DNA of 64,000 nucleotides from the human T2T-CHM13v2.0 reference genome, Homo sapiens, in assembly GCF_009914755.1 (NCBI RefSeq), contig NC_060936.1; one strand, 5' to 3'. The stretch's first letter is position 1. The number at the start of each line of letters is the position of its first letter. The notes below the pieces were generated by a model, which saw nothing but the letters and a program-made list of their open reading frames with translations, was not told where the DNA came from and ran no database searches. Below, in pieces: positions 1 to 16,500 of the stretch. The position numbers were made by a program, and so were the translations under genes.

Positions 1-1850
<1,850 letters not shown>

Positions 1851-2569
1851 AAAGGAGATGGATTAGCTTTGGGAGGGAGAAAAATAAAAAATAAATAAAA
1901 ACAAAAGAGAACATCTATTAAAATCTTACATTAGAATTTGGCTGATATGAGGAAATTTTGTTCTATTACAAAATGGAAGAATTAGAGAATTATTTCAGGT
2001 ATTCTTACTGTGATCACAATCTCAGGTTATTGAAGACTTATGAGTCCTGATACAGACACAAAAGAGTAGAGAGTTTACCTAGTATTTAGTGGCAAATAAC
2101 CAGTTTCTAAATTACTTTGACCTTCTCTGTTTTTCCTCTTTGTATATTGGCTATTGATTGTCTTATAGAAGATACAACCTGGGAATCAGAAAAATGTAAT
2201 CCTGCTTTAAATTTCAGGTTTAAGAAAGAAGAAAAAAAGTGAAAAAAAAGAAGAAGAAAATAAAAGAAAGAAAATATAATAGGAGGCTCAACCTCGCTCT
2301 GTCTTTACTTTGGGAATTAGATGTGCATTCTTTTATGTTTTTACTAGAAAAAGAAAATGGAAAATTGGCCTTGCAGCCTTCTTCAATCCTTTTCGGTATT
2401 TTAAAATTTTCCAAACATCTAAGAAAATGAACAAATCATTATTTAGTTTCTGATAGGAGTTTGAGGGTTTCTAATTTCATACACAGGGATTCCTCTCCTA
2501 GAATGACATGTCTGCACTTGTATTTTTAGTCCTCCAATTTTCTCTTGGGAAAGTTGGTGGCTAGTGGGC

Positions 2570-2730
2570 TTTGGGATCAAATCCCATTTCTGCTACTTCC
2601 TACCTGTGTGACCTTGAGCAAGATGAGTCTCAGTTTCTTTATGTGTAAGATGGTATAATAATACCTTGTCATTAGAGTTGGGGGAGAATTAAACTGAGAA
2701 AACATATAATAGGCATGAACACTATATAGT
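2570..2730. mobile_element. MIR fragment
   Basis: tgtgtgaccttgagcaag...tctcagtttctttatgtgtaagatgg MIR core similarity. Confidence 0.55.
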
Positions 2731-2874
2731 TACACTATATAGTCCACCAAATACACTATATAATCTATACACTATACACTCTATAGTCTGCTGAATTGCT
2801 CAATTTATAGGAGACTCTGAAGTAGCCCTGTTTATTGTGTAAATCATGCCACATTTTGTTTCTCCACTTCTTAG

Positions 2875-3048
<174 letters not shown>

Positions 3049-3852
3049 TAAACGCACTTCTAGAATCAAGCTGACATGTCAAGATTCAGAGTAGACTTTC
3101 CTTCTTTGTCCTTTCCTTCCATTTCCTTCCTTTGTCTTTCCCTTATCTTCTTTTTTTTTCTTGCCTAGAGGACTTATCATTGGAGAAAGAAGAGCTAAGG
3201 TCAGCCATTTGGGGTTGCTGGTCATTAGCTCTCCAAAGTCATATTCCCTTTTGGTGCCCTTTAAACATCACTGAAACACAATTGCTAAATAACTTCCCAC
3301 ATCACAATCATTACAGAGGGATTAGATCTGCCTTGTCCTTAGACAACTATCGAAGTGCATTTTTCCTAAGCCCAAAGCTGAATAAAATGAGTCTAGCAGA
3401 TTACTACTGTTCCAAGGTCTGATGCTCTCCTCTTCTTACTTTAGTTTCTCCTTAAATGACATATTTCAAATTGACCAAAAACTGAGGTCATTTTTATCAG
3501 ACACTGAACTATACTTACAAGATATTGTGACTCGCCATTTTTGACTTGGATTTCTACCAGCCAACATCTTGAGTCTTGTAAAACTCTTTGATTCAGTTCT
3601 GCGGAAGTTCACTTTGTAGTTAAAAACAACAACCACAACAACCATATTCAACATTTAGACAATAATTTCTTGGTTAACATTTTCAAGGTAAGGAATGAGA
3701 GTCTTGGGTTTCATATGGGGCTTATTCTGTAATGTTGGGACACGGGTTTAAGGGATTTGGAGACATCATTATTTTTATTTCGGGCAAGGGGTGGGCTCAT
3801 CTTCCCTTATCCCATATTGAGCACAAATTTTTGCCCAAATTAGTTACTAACT

Positions 3853-4218
3853 TGTATGAGTCTGTTTTCACGTTGCTGATAAAGGCCTACTAGAGACTGG
3901 GTAATTTATAAAGAAAAAGAGGTTTAATGGACTCACAGTTCCTTGTAGCTGGGGAGGCCTCACAATCATGGTGGAAGGTGAAAGCCATGTCTTCCATGGC
4001 AGCAGACAAGAGAGAGAGAATGAGAACCAAGCCAGAGGGGTTTCCCCTTACAAAACCATCAGATCCCTTGAGACTTACTCACTACCACGAGAACAGTATG
4101 TGGGAAACTGCCCCTGTGATTCAATTCTCTCCCACCAGGTCCCTCCCACAACATGTGGGAATTATGGGAGCTACAGTTCAAGATGAGATTTGGATGGGGA
4201 CACAGCCAAACCATATCA
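3853..4218 (-). mobile_element. THE1-family (MaLR) solo LTR
   Basis: Reverse strand begins tgatatggtttggctgtgtcccc and ends ...aca; typical THE1 body. Confidence 0.88.
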
Positions 4219-4227
4219 TAAGCATAA

Positions 4228-4557
<330 letters not shown>

Positions 4558-4809
4558 TAGAAGAAAACCTATTTTACTGTGACTTTATGCATTCAAAATG
4601 AAATATATATGTTGAGATGCTCTGTAATTACTCGAGATTTAAATAGCTCTGATGAATATCATCTGATTGCTGGTTTCTTTTTTTGTTTGACATTTATACA
4701 CACTAATTTTGAAGCAACTATAAGCCCAACTTCCACCATCCTAGCCAGTGAACGTCTGATTCTACATGATTTTGTCTATGAAGAAATTTATTTTAGAATT
4801 AAATAATTA

Positions 4810-5138
4810 GGCTGAGCATTGTGGCTCATACCTGTAATCCCAGCACTTTGGGAGGCCTAGGTGGGTGGATCACTTGAAGCTAGGAATTCGAGACCAGTCT
4901 GGCCAACATGGTAAAACCCCACCTCTATTAAAAATACAAAAATTAGCCGGGCATGGTGGTGCGCACCTGTGGTCCCAGCTACTCGCTACTCAGGAGGCTG
5001 AGGTGGGAGGATCACTTGGGCCCTGGGGCGTGGAGGTTGCAGTGAGCCAAGATCACACCACTGCACTCCAGCCTGGGCAACAGAGTGAGACTCTGTCTCA
5101 AAAAAAAAAAAAAAAAAAGAAAGAAAGAAAAGAAAAAA
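4810..5138 (+). mobile_element. Alu (J/S)
   Basis: Full dimer with A-rich tail. Confidence 0.9.
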
Positions 5139-5547
5139 TATTTAAATGCTTAGAAGCATTTGCTTCCCCTATGCCATGAGAATTTTTTCTCTTTGCTAAT
5201 AATGAGACTCACAAAACTGGTCATTTCCCTCTTCTTATCTTCCTTGCTGGGACTCAGAGTCAACTACATTGCCTCTGATTATATTGTTCACCTACAGTGA
5301 CTAAGTTGCTATGGCTGACTTAACTGTGATCCATTTTTCTTCTCTTTGTAGTATAATTTTAATTTCTTAGTCCCATTATTTTCATCTATATTTTATATTA
5401 ATATTTCTATTCTCTTGGAATAAGATAGGTTAAAAATATTTACATACATATATGACTATTTCACATAGATTGATGACAAAATGCAAAATTTTAAGGACTT
5501 CTATTATCTGACAATGTTTAATTTCAGAGACCAAGGAAAAACCTTAG

Positions 5548-5808
<261 letters not shown>

Positions 5809-6636
5809 TGACTGCTTTCTCTCTGATCCCTAACTGGAACAGGCCTGGACACTTCTTAGAGTTGTAGGTGGGCAGGAGCTTGAAACAGTTAGGTACAATT
5901 TTATGTCTAAGAAATTAAAAAGTAGGTTTGGTCAAGTTGAATAACTTCATAACATAGGCCCTGGAATTCGTTACCATAATTCCAGTGCCAACTGTGGGTG
6001 GCTCTGATTGCCATTCCCCACTGAAAACATATTGCTGAGTCCATGGACATGTGAGTACTTTCCATTTGCCCTTCTGAAGGTATTAACCTGTTAATATAAC
6101 CCAGCTTAGTGTAAACAACTATCACTGAAACAAATTGAGATCGGTTCAACAGGCTACACTTGGAAACTGGTTTCTTTGCTTTATGGTCACACCTTAAATG
6201 TTATCTATTAAATCAAAAAAGTTAGTTCAGTGAAGGCAAAAAAAAAAGATATCTCCATTATTTTATGGCAATGAGGTATTTTTTTCAATGGAAAAAAATG
6301 TAATACAAGTTTGCACTTGGAAATTAGAGAGCAATGGGAAAATTACTCTAGATCATTAGATCCCAAACCTTGCCTTCTTCAACTTCTTTGGGCCTCCCAG
6401 CTTCCCACACCGGCTTCTCAATTTGGAAAAAAATACATGACAGCATTTCCAAAATTCTCACATTGATCAGCTCTTTGCCTTACACACATCCATGCTCAAG
6501 GTGTCTTAACTGAATTTCATTAAGATGTAGGGCTTTTGTGTCTATTTTTATTTGTATCCCCATTGGTTTTATCACAGTTCCTGCACTATAGCTGTGTAGT
6601 AAATAGTTTATTCTTTTCTGTCTCTTTTATCTTTAA

Positions 6637-6786
<150 letters not shown>

Positions 6787-9700
6787 TAGATAAAATGAAT
6801 ACTGTCATCAATAGGTGAGATATGTCCCTCCCCTTTCTTTTGTCTCTCTTTCTTGAGAACGCATCACCTTCCTACGAAAATAAGATCAAGCCAAACGTCA
6901 TCCTTCTGAGATGTATATAAACTAAGCCCTTTTTTAGTACTTGGTGCTTATAAATTGATATCTCAAAAGTATCTTGGCTAGGCTGCCAGATTGGACACTA
7001 TAATTGAACTAAGAGATGGGAGGAAGAGATTGTAACAAAACTTTGGGGACTTCCACTTCTTAAACTGGTGGAATTGAATTGCACCACAGCAATATAAAAG
7101 TCTAGTTATGATGAAGCCAGTTGGAAATTCTAAAACCTATAATGAGCTGAAGTTAACTATCAAAAGAGTGACCTATTTTGGGTAATAAAGGGAGACTACA
7201 TATTTGGCTAGTAATCATCACCTGCCTTCATCTAAAAATAAGATGAATTAAGAACTGCTCTTAGTTTTAAAGGAAGCAGCATTAAATCCTCGAGTGTATA
7301 AGAAATAAGTTCAATATGTAGCAGTAACTTATCTCAGGAGTTGGGGATATAAAACTGTAATCAGTTTAATTTAGGAGGGGAAGAGAAACAAGGCCATAAA
7401 TTTTTAAAATCACTGATAGAAATAATAGAAAAAGAAAAAATGACAGAAGAAAATATGGGCCAGAATTACCTGAAAACCAAAAGAATGTGAAACTTACCAA
7501 AATCCTGTTGTGTTTCTTGGTTTCTTATTTGCCATAACTAGAAAGGGATGACATTTGAAAATGGCTCTGGACTTGGGTTCCATTCTAGATGCTGGTAGGT
7601 AAACAATCTCCCAGGAAACTTGTTCAAATTCCACAAACAGTGGCCCAAGACTTCACCTCCAGGAAAACTCTTTGGACACCAAACTTTAACACAGATCCTC
7701 GAAGTGAAGGAAGGAGGTTACGAAGCACATTTGGGAAATCAGGAATGTGAACGCAAATGCACCTCCCCTGGAGGAAACTCACTATGGAGATGAAACTTCC
7801 TATGAAGAGAAAACTGCTGAAAAAGAAATCCCAGGTGCCTGGATTGGGGCACCTGTGGAAATGCTCACCTCTGTTCTGGAGGGAGGAAGAGGAGAGGGAC
7901 AATGAAGTATCCTGATACCCCTCAATCCCTCTTGCACCTACTCCACACACAGAGTCCTATAATTGGTTTCTCCAGGATTTAAAAAGCCACTAACCAAAAG
8001 CAGTGGAAACGTCAGAAATTTCCCAGGGTTAACCCAGTAAGGGAAGGGGATAGTGTCACTAATGCAACAAGTAAATTCTTGAGCACTTCAGTTTATTCCT
8101 CTTCCATCCTCCTGCCCCCATTTAAAAAAGTCATGAGCACTCCATTCTGTTTTTTTGTATTGTCCAGCCAGCAGAATATCCCAGTCTTATGTGTGATGTG
8201 GCCTTTGAGCATAAACCTTTTGTGTATGTATGAATCGAGCAAATTCTTTACTCTTTTCTTTCTGATAGGTTTAAAAAGTAAGAAGATACAGCAAAATGAT
8301 AGATGGCTGTCATTTTGATGTTACCCACCTTAGATAAAATACAATGAAGTGTATTTTACAAAATTTTGCGTGTGGTCTGTGTAGATACATATGTATATCC
8401 GTATATACATATGTATACGTACACAGTCATTATTATGTATATATTTTGCCGAGTAACGTTCTGGAATTAGCTTTCTATGGGAGTTCTCTCACAACGTGTA
8501 TCTCTTTCTTCTTGCAGTCTTTTCTTATTTTCTTTATGTGGCTGCCGACTCTTCATTCTCTTTTAATGGCTGTTGTCCTCCAGACTAATTTTCTATAGTG
8601 TTTAATGCTTTTAGAGACATCAGGTTTTATTCTGTAAGAGAATTCTTTGTTTTGTAAGATCGTGTGTTGTTTTGGACTCTGCCTTTCTCTCGTTTTTGTT
8701 TTGTTATTATTTTTTTAATGCCTGCAGCATTTTACTCTTCTTTGTTTTCTTTCTGCACTCTAGTTTTTTCTTTCCTTTCTTAAAAATTCTCCTCACATGT
8801 TAAATAACTTACATGTTCCTTCCTCATCCCCTGGGACACCATCTTCTTTGTCTGTGTTTCCCCAATTAAAGTGGTTCCAATGTGAAGAGATGGGCTATTT
8901 TTGTTCCCCCTCTGGTCTTGTTTCGTCCTGTTTTCTCTTGAAATTGTCTCTTTTACTAGTTCTTCACTCTTTTGTACATGTTTTCTGAGTCTCTTATTTT
9001 CACTTTCTCATCCACTGTCTCTTGACTATGAAAATACCAACACAGAAGCTCCCAAGCAGACCATTTGTTTAAAGATGTATCTCTTTTTCAAAGACATAAG
9101 GAATTTTTATTCTCCACATGCCTTACTAGCTGCCAGGATATTCTAGTTGCCTGTCCCTTCTCCTTGATACTCCTGTTAGGGTTAGAACAAGAGAGAGGCA
9201 AAAGTTCCAAGGGACAGCCAGTCCAGTCCCCAATGCCTCCACTCCTCTCCTGATACTGAGAAAGTCATCATCCCAAACCAGTGGGTATGCCCAAGACCAC
9301 CCTGTGAGCCACCCATGCGGAACCCTGAGCAGGCTCAATTTGTTTTCTTGACAGAGTTCATTGTCATGGGAACCAGAACTGCCTCCTGAGCTGCTGGGGC
9401 AGCCTCCAATTCTATTCAGAACTTGGACCCTGGTAAAACAGGGCTGGCCTTATCCCAAGGGCCTGCACTCCCAGTCTTGAATGAGGGAGCCCCACTGTGG
9501 GAGCACCGTGTTCCCTGGGGACCCAAGAGAATCCTCCCCTGCTGGGGTGGCAGAGACAGGCACAAGGATAGACTGTCTCACTGTGCGCTGCTCCCCCGCA
9601 GATTCCAGGACCTGCTCCTCTGTTTTCTTCAGGGTCTTGCTTTGTTCTTCTCTATCTCTTCTTCCCACCACTGGAGGTGTCCCAGCCTCCTTTCTCCTCT

Positions 9701-9955
9701 TCTCTATTCTTTTCTTTTTTCTCCTCTTCTCTGTGGCAGGTGCCTCAGGTCAGAAGCCACAGTCTGCACAGAGCAGGCTGTGCTCTCCTGAGGAACCCCC
9801 CTAACACCGTTTGGTCTCTTCCGTCACTGCTCTGAGGACAAATCTCTTTGCACACTTTGCATACTTTACTAACAGAGAATGCTGACTGCTGATACGATAT
9901 TATTCTGGTGTGAAAGTGGGTGTCTTTAATTAATTTTAATGACGGATTCTCAAAG

Positions 9956-10009
9956 GTACATCAGCAAAACAGTCTGATGAAAATGGGGAGGCTGCCTATG
10001 ATCTGCCAG
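9956..10009 (+). CDS. MYBPC1: MYBPC1 54-nt cassette exon inside C7 (STSAKQSDENGEAAYDLP)
   Basis: caaag| ... cag|gtaaag, frame-preserving, peptide recognised from slow MyBP-C variants. Confidence 0.9.
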
Positions 10010-10097
10010 GTAAAGTATTCCGTGAAGCTCTCAAATTTTCTTACTATATTATAATGTTTCTGGGAATATTGAATGACCAAGCATGAAGAATACTCAT

Positions 10098-10098
10098 C

Positions 10099-10148
<50 letters not shown>

Positions 10149-10157
10149 ACACACACA
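10098..10157. repeat. (CA)n microsatellite
   Basis: Direct reading. Confidence 0.95.
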
Positions 10158-10890
10158 TCCTTAGAGATGGGGGAGAGGGAGCAGTGAGTTAATAATGTGG
10201 GATCAAAGTCTTCTTTCTTTCTGTGGGCAAAATGCATACTAACTTTTAGATGCTGAAACATTTGTAAGCCCTGAATGCTGGGTTAAAATTCTCTCGATGT
10301 GATACACAAGCTGCCAAAAACTTTTTAAAATTAGATTTTGGTTGCAAGGATAGAATTCTACCAACTCCTTATGAGGAATCAGCCCATGAACTGTTTTCTC
10401 TTTGTGAAATAAGCTTTTTCTCTTCATCAATGTGAATAAATATGATCAAGTTCCCTCTACCCATGTTAGTGTCTTACAATAGTAAATCAGCCAAGATAAA
10501 AACATATATATGACTATAAAGGTCAATGTCTCATTCATAAAGATAGCCTTTTCCTGTTTTTCTGAACTTTAATGTGTATAGATGACTAGCTATCATGATT
10601 GCATGAATCATTATAAAACCAAATTGGAATAAAACTGCTACAGAATTCTTGTGGACAGTTACTATTATTCAGGATGCTTTCATGCTGAATAAAGATTTTT
10701 CAGAAACAGCAGAATCTTATAGTTTATTTTTCCTGTTATTTATGTTAGCTATTTTAGGCTGTTTTTTATTTAATATATGAAAAATGTCCACCCATGTAGT
10801 CGGAGTCCAGACCAAAGTCATAATGTCTCTAAATGATGTATTATTATGAGTAAAATACTAATTTGGAGTTGACTGTAATGGTTAAGATGA

Positions 10891-11238
<348 letters not shown>

Positions 11239-11678
11239 TAATGCTTCCTAAGAGTTAGAACTTAATAAAGCAGCTCTCTTCAGGCAATGTGGGAGATCAC
11301 CTTCAGGTTTATCTTGGTACTCTGAGGACCAGTTAGTTAACCTCTCCTGGTTCCAGGAGCCAACTCTGGCTGGGCTGCCTATTTACAGTGGAGAGAGAGT
11401 ATGTTCATACAACCATGCAAACAATCCCTACGACAACCATATGCCTCCAATGAATCTGCAGGGTCAGAACTATTTTCATAATATTATGAAAATATTATGT
11501 GTACCTTTCAGTGTTTTGACATCTTCACTGATAGTATAAAAATGAAGGTGAGTAAAACTGTTGATACCTTAGTATGAAATCAAGTCAGTGCCACGGAGCC
11601 ATACTAGCCAGCCTTGCCTTCCTCACCACCATGCACTCAACAGATGAAATAAAAGGGCCAGTTTTGCCTTAGAGTCTC

Positions 11679-12011
<333 letters not shown>

Positions 12012-12018
12012 TAATTTT

Positions 12019-12316
12019 GGCTGAGCACAATGCCTCATGCCTGTAATTCCAGTATTTTGGGAGGCTGAGGCGGGCAGATCACTTAAGCCCAGGAGTTTGA
12101 GACCAGCCTGGGGAACATGGCAAAACCACGTCTTTACTAAAAATACAAAAATTTGCTGGGTGTGGTGGCACACGCCTGTGGTCCCAGCTACTCAGGAGGC
12201 TGAGGTGGGAGAATCACTTGAACCCAGGAGGCGGAGGCTGCAGTGAGCCAAGATCACGCCACTGCACTTCAGCCTGGGTGACAGAGCAAGACCTTGTCTC
12301 AAATAAAACAAAACAA
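12019..12316 (+). mobile_element. Alu (J/S)
   Basis: Full dimer. Confidence 0.9.
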
Positions 12317-12868
12317 GAATAAGAATAATAACTTTCATCAAATCTTGGCTCTTGAGTATGTTTTTTTTCTAGACTTGTGTGACAATGAAATGCAAAGTAT
12401 GTCTGAAGTACTTAGGCTGCACACTGCAGTACAATGGTTGTCCCCAGGAAAAGCACCGTACAACTGAGTTGGAGGATGAATAGGTGACTTTTTTGCACAG
12501 AAGCTCCACTTTTACTTGGGGAAATAAGTGAGAAGAACTGCTTCATCCCTGTGAGCCTATGAGCCTTTGACTCCCTGCTCCTGATGGATTTGCAGTGACA
12601 TGCTCTAGTATCTTCATGATGTTTAATTAATGAATATTAATACACAGTGGGCCAGGGTTGCCTATTATGTACTTCACCACAGTCACACAGGGAGAAAGTT
12701 ACTGTCGAACTCCAACAGAGTCACCTAAATAGCAAGTGCTGGGTGCTAACATTTTGTTTTTTTCTGGTAAGGAAGAATGGACAGTCCTCCCAGCTAATGT
12801 GGTGCCTATAGATCTTTCGTGGAATGTTCCCTTGCAAATATACTCACTGTTAGAAACTATGAATAACT

Positions 12869-13165
12869 GGCCAGACGCGGTGGCTCATGCCGGTAATCCC
12901 AGCACTTTGGGAGACTAAGGCAGGTGGATCACCTGAGGTCACAAGTTTGAGACTAGCCTGGCCAACATGGCAAAATCCCATCTCTACTAAAAATACAAAA
13001 ATTAGCCAGGCGTGGTGGCATGTGCCTGTAGTCTCAGCTACTTGGGAGGCTGAGACATGAGAATCGCTTGAACCCAGGAGGCGGAGGTTGCAGTGAGCAA
13101 TGCCACTGCACTCCAGCCTGGGCGACAGAGAGAGACTCTCTGAAAAAAAAAAAGAAAAAAAAAAA
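12869..13165 (+). mobile_element. AluS
   Basis: Full dimer; TSD agaaactatgaa. Confidence 0.92.
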
Positions 13166-13336
13166 GAAACTATGAAAAGTATGCATAGTATGTATAAGGC
13201 CCTAAGAGAAAATGTATTTTTCTATAAAGTTGCTTTAGGCTTATTACAACAATAAAAATACAAAGTTGCAATAAAGCCAAGGATGTCAGGGATAAATTTT
13301 GCTGAGTCAAACTGTTAAAACATCTCTGTGTGGAAA

Positions 13337-13337
<1 letters not shown>

Positions 13338-13373
<36 letters not shown>
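13338..13373. repeat. (CA)n microsatellite
   Basis: Direct reading. Confidence 0.95.
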
Positions 13374-13374
<1 letters not shown>

Positions 13375-13538
13375 TTTGAACCAGTTACTATATATCGTCT
13401 GTTAGTGGCACATCTCAGAGTTTATTGCAGAGATATGCCACAAGGGTACGCTGGTGAGCATCATGCCATTTTGCTTTTGTAAGGCTATTTTCAGACACCA
13501 GACTGATTGCAAAATTGTGCTATTTTACCCTCTCTCAG

Positions 13539-13627
13539 AACCTCCAAAGATTCGCATCCCAAGACACCTGAAGCAAACCTATATCCGCAGAGTTGGAGAA
13601 GCTGTCAATCTGGTTATACCTTTCCAG
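13539..13627 (+). CDS. MYBPC1: MYBPC1 exon, start of Ig C8 ([30 protein letters not shown])
   Basis: ctcag| ... cag|gtaaga, 89 nt. Confidence 0.96.
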
Positions 13628-14270
13628 GTAAGAGTTCAAGGGTCGCTCTTTTTCTCTTTAGAGGGCTGGATTAGTTTAGGAAGTGGGAAGAGGTACTCTA
13701 GCATTTAAGTTCATCATGATTCAGGATTTCCTCAGAGGGAGAGGAGGTAAATAAAGAATGAAAGAGTATTGGAGAATGATTAAGCAATCTCCTGCTGTCA
13801 AAATAGAGAAATCTATAGAAACCATCACAGATTTTCTTTCTGCATGAGACAAATGAGATATAGTCTTGCCTGAAGCTCAGCGACTATGGTGGGCAGGGAA
13901 GAAACATCAAGGAGATACCAAATGAAGAAATGCTTGAAGACTCTTTTGGTCCTATACGTTTGTAAAACCCATCATTTTAAGTGAAGCTCTCAGTGTAACA
14001 TTCAGGAAAACAGTGTGTGCTTAGTTCCCACAATGACCCCAAACCAAAATAATTTCAATAAGGGGGACAACTGAAATTTGAAATAACGATGACACTAACT
14101 GAAATATATGAACAATATTAAATCATTGTTCCAGCAAAAGAATCTGTTCTTCACAAAATTCACTAGTCTTTACTTACAATAGTCAATTTTGGTCTTATAC
14201 AAATACACACACACACCCTGCACCTCCCAACCCTTACTCTCCAACTCCCTATTCATATGACACCTCCAGA

Positions 14271-14487
14271 CAGTGCTGTTCAATAGAACTTTCTTCAATG
14301 TTAGAAATGTTCTATATCAATGCTGTCCAATATGGTAGCCACTAGCCACATGTGGCTGTTGAGCACTTGAAACGTGTAACTAGGAACTAGTGTGACTGGA
14401 GAAATAAATTTTTAATTTTCTTCAATTTTAATTAATTTTAATTTAAATAGCCACGTGTACCTTGTGGCTATCGTATCAGCCAGCCTG
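14271..14487. mobile_element. MER3 (hAT-Charlie MITE)
   Basis: cagtgctgttcaatagaactttc...ccaatatggtagccactagccacatgtggct signature. Confidence 0.8.
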
Positions 14488-14527
14488 GCCTTAGAATGTA
14501 GGTCTCTACACACATTTGACACTCATA

Positions 14528-14598
14528 TACACACACACACACACACACACACTCACACACACACACACACACACTCACACATGCACACATGCACACAC
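14528..14598. repeat. Imperfect (CA)n microsatellite
   Basis: Direct reading. Confidence 0.9.
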
Positions 14599-15089
14599 AG
14601 AGAGAACTCTGTTCAAACCCAGGCTCCCATGAAACCAAACTAAAGGGATGGCCAATTCAGGCCATCCTCATTGCACTCCGGGTGCAAACCTAAGGAGAGA
14701 CATTGTGTACTACATACCCCCGGCATGAAATCAGAATGAAAGCCAAGGAGGAAGTGAAGCAGAACACAGCCCAGGAGGAAGTGGGTGGCTTGGCAAGGTT
14801 CTTCTCACTTTCCTTCTCTTGCAGCATCAAATAAAACCAGAAGTGGCAACAAGGCAGGTATTGGGGACCCAGCCCCAACCCTGCACTGGGGCTGCTGAGT
14901 CAGCCCTCAAGCCTCCACATCGTTCCTGCCACCACAACTAATCCCAGTTCCCAGATCTGGGGGTCTGCGTGTTCAGCTTCTGTCACTGAGTCTGAGAGAG
15001 AAAAAATCATGAGAACAGGGACCGCATAGATCTGGCATCCCAGAGACTGTTCAGCCCCCAGGAAGGGAGATGAGACCAAAGTGTGATGT

Positions 15090-15310
15090 TTGTATATTTG
15101 TGTAATCTCTAGAGTTCGCAAACATTTTCTCATTTGATCCTCAGAAACACCCTGTGAGGCAGGAAGGCCAGATTTCCTTACCTTGCTTGAGAAGGGAAGA
15201 AACTGAAAGGGAAGTTAAGTGACTTGCCCAATGTCACACAGAAAGTCAATGGTAGGGCCAAGAACAGAGTCCATGGCCCGGTCACTTAATTCAGTGGTTT
15301 TTTCCACTCT
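15090..15310. mobile_element. MIR
   Basis: gaaactga...gttaagtgacttgcccaatgtcacaca core. Confidence 0.65.
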
Positions 15311-15787
15311 GTATATTATTAGAGAACCCACATTTTTCCCTAGTGGCTAACAGCAAGTTGTACATTTAAGGAAATAAGCTTGAACTGTTTTTCCCTATCT
15401 TCAACAACGTCGTTCTCTGCTTCCCATGTGTGAGTCTGAGCATCCCCAACCACTCTTCAGGCTCTGAAGCAGGGGTTTGGTGTGTAGCTCTACATCTCTT
15501 ATTATAACCTAGCCATGTTCAGAGCCCACAGGAAAGCTGTGCCTTACCTGACAGAATTCATGCTTGGTTCCTGTCTGCCAGGGTACGCCTGGATGCTTGG
15601 GGATTCTAGGAAATTCCTTTGTAATAGAAATGGAAACTCAGGTTCATGAATGGGATTATGATTTCTTAAATTCTGCTCTTAAAGAATAGTTTCAACAGCG
15701 AGAGGGAACAGAGAGAGAATTCTAGACAAGTCTAAAATGAGCAGCACAGGACAGTAGAATAGTAATCATTAACATTTAGATGATATT

Positions 15788-16080
<293 letters not shown>

Positions 16081-16099
16081 TTAGATGATATTAACTACA

Positions 16100-16500
16100 A
16101 AAACTTATGTATTGGGCAGAAGCTTTCTCAGCACTTTAATCTTTATAACCACTCTTTGAGATAGGTACTACCATTATTCCCGTTGAGGCACAGAAAGCTT
16201 AGTAACTTGCCCAGGGTCACACAGACGTTAAGTGGTCAGGAGCTAGACATAGATTCCAGGGCCCCAGAGCCCATGCTCTTAACAATTATCCTGTGTTGTG
16301 CAGGCTTTTGGAGACTAGGAGACCCAGCTGGGAGACCTGGTTCCAGTGCTTACCTAACTGCAGGACCTTGGACAAATTATTTAACTTCTCTATCCAAAAA
16401 ATGAGGATAATGATAAGCTTGATGTGAAGATTAAGGAAAATAATCAATGTTATGTACCTAAGGTAGTGCCTTGCACATAAAATACAGATTACAGCTTTGC
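16100..16500. mobile_element. Two MIR fragments in opposite orientation
   Basis: gaggcacagaaagcttagtaacttgcccagggtcacac and gaccttggacaaattatttaacttctct cores. Confidence 0.6.

Noticed and set aside
2719-2787. Repeated acactatata units resembling a spacer array
   Set aside because: Degenerate AT-rich micro/minisatellite; eukaryotic intron, no CRISPR structure.
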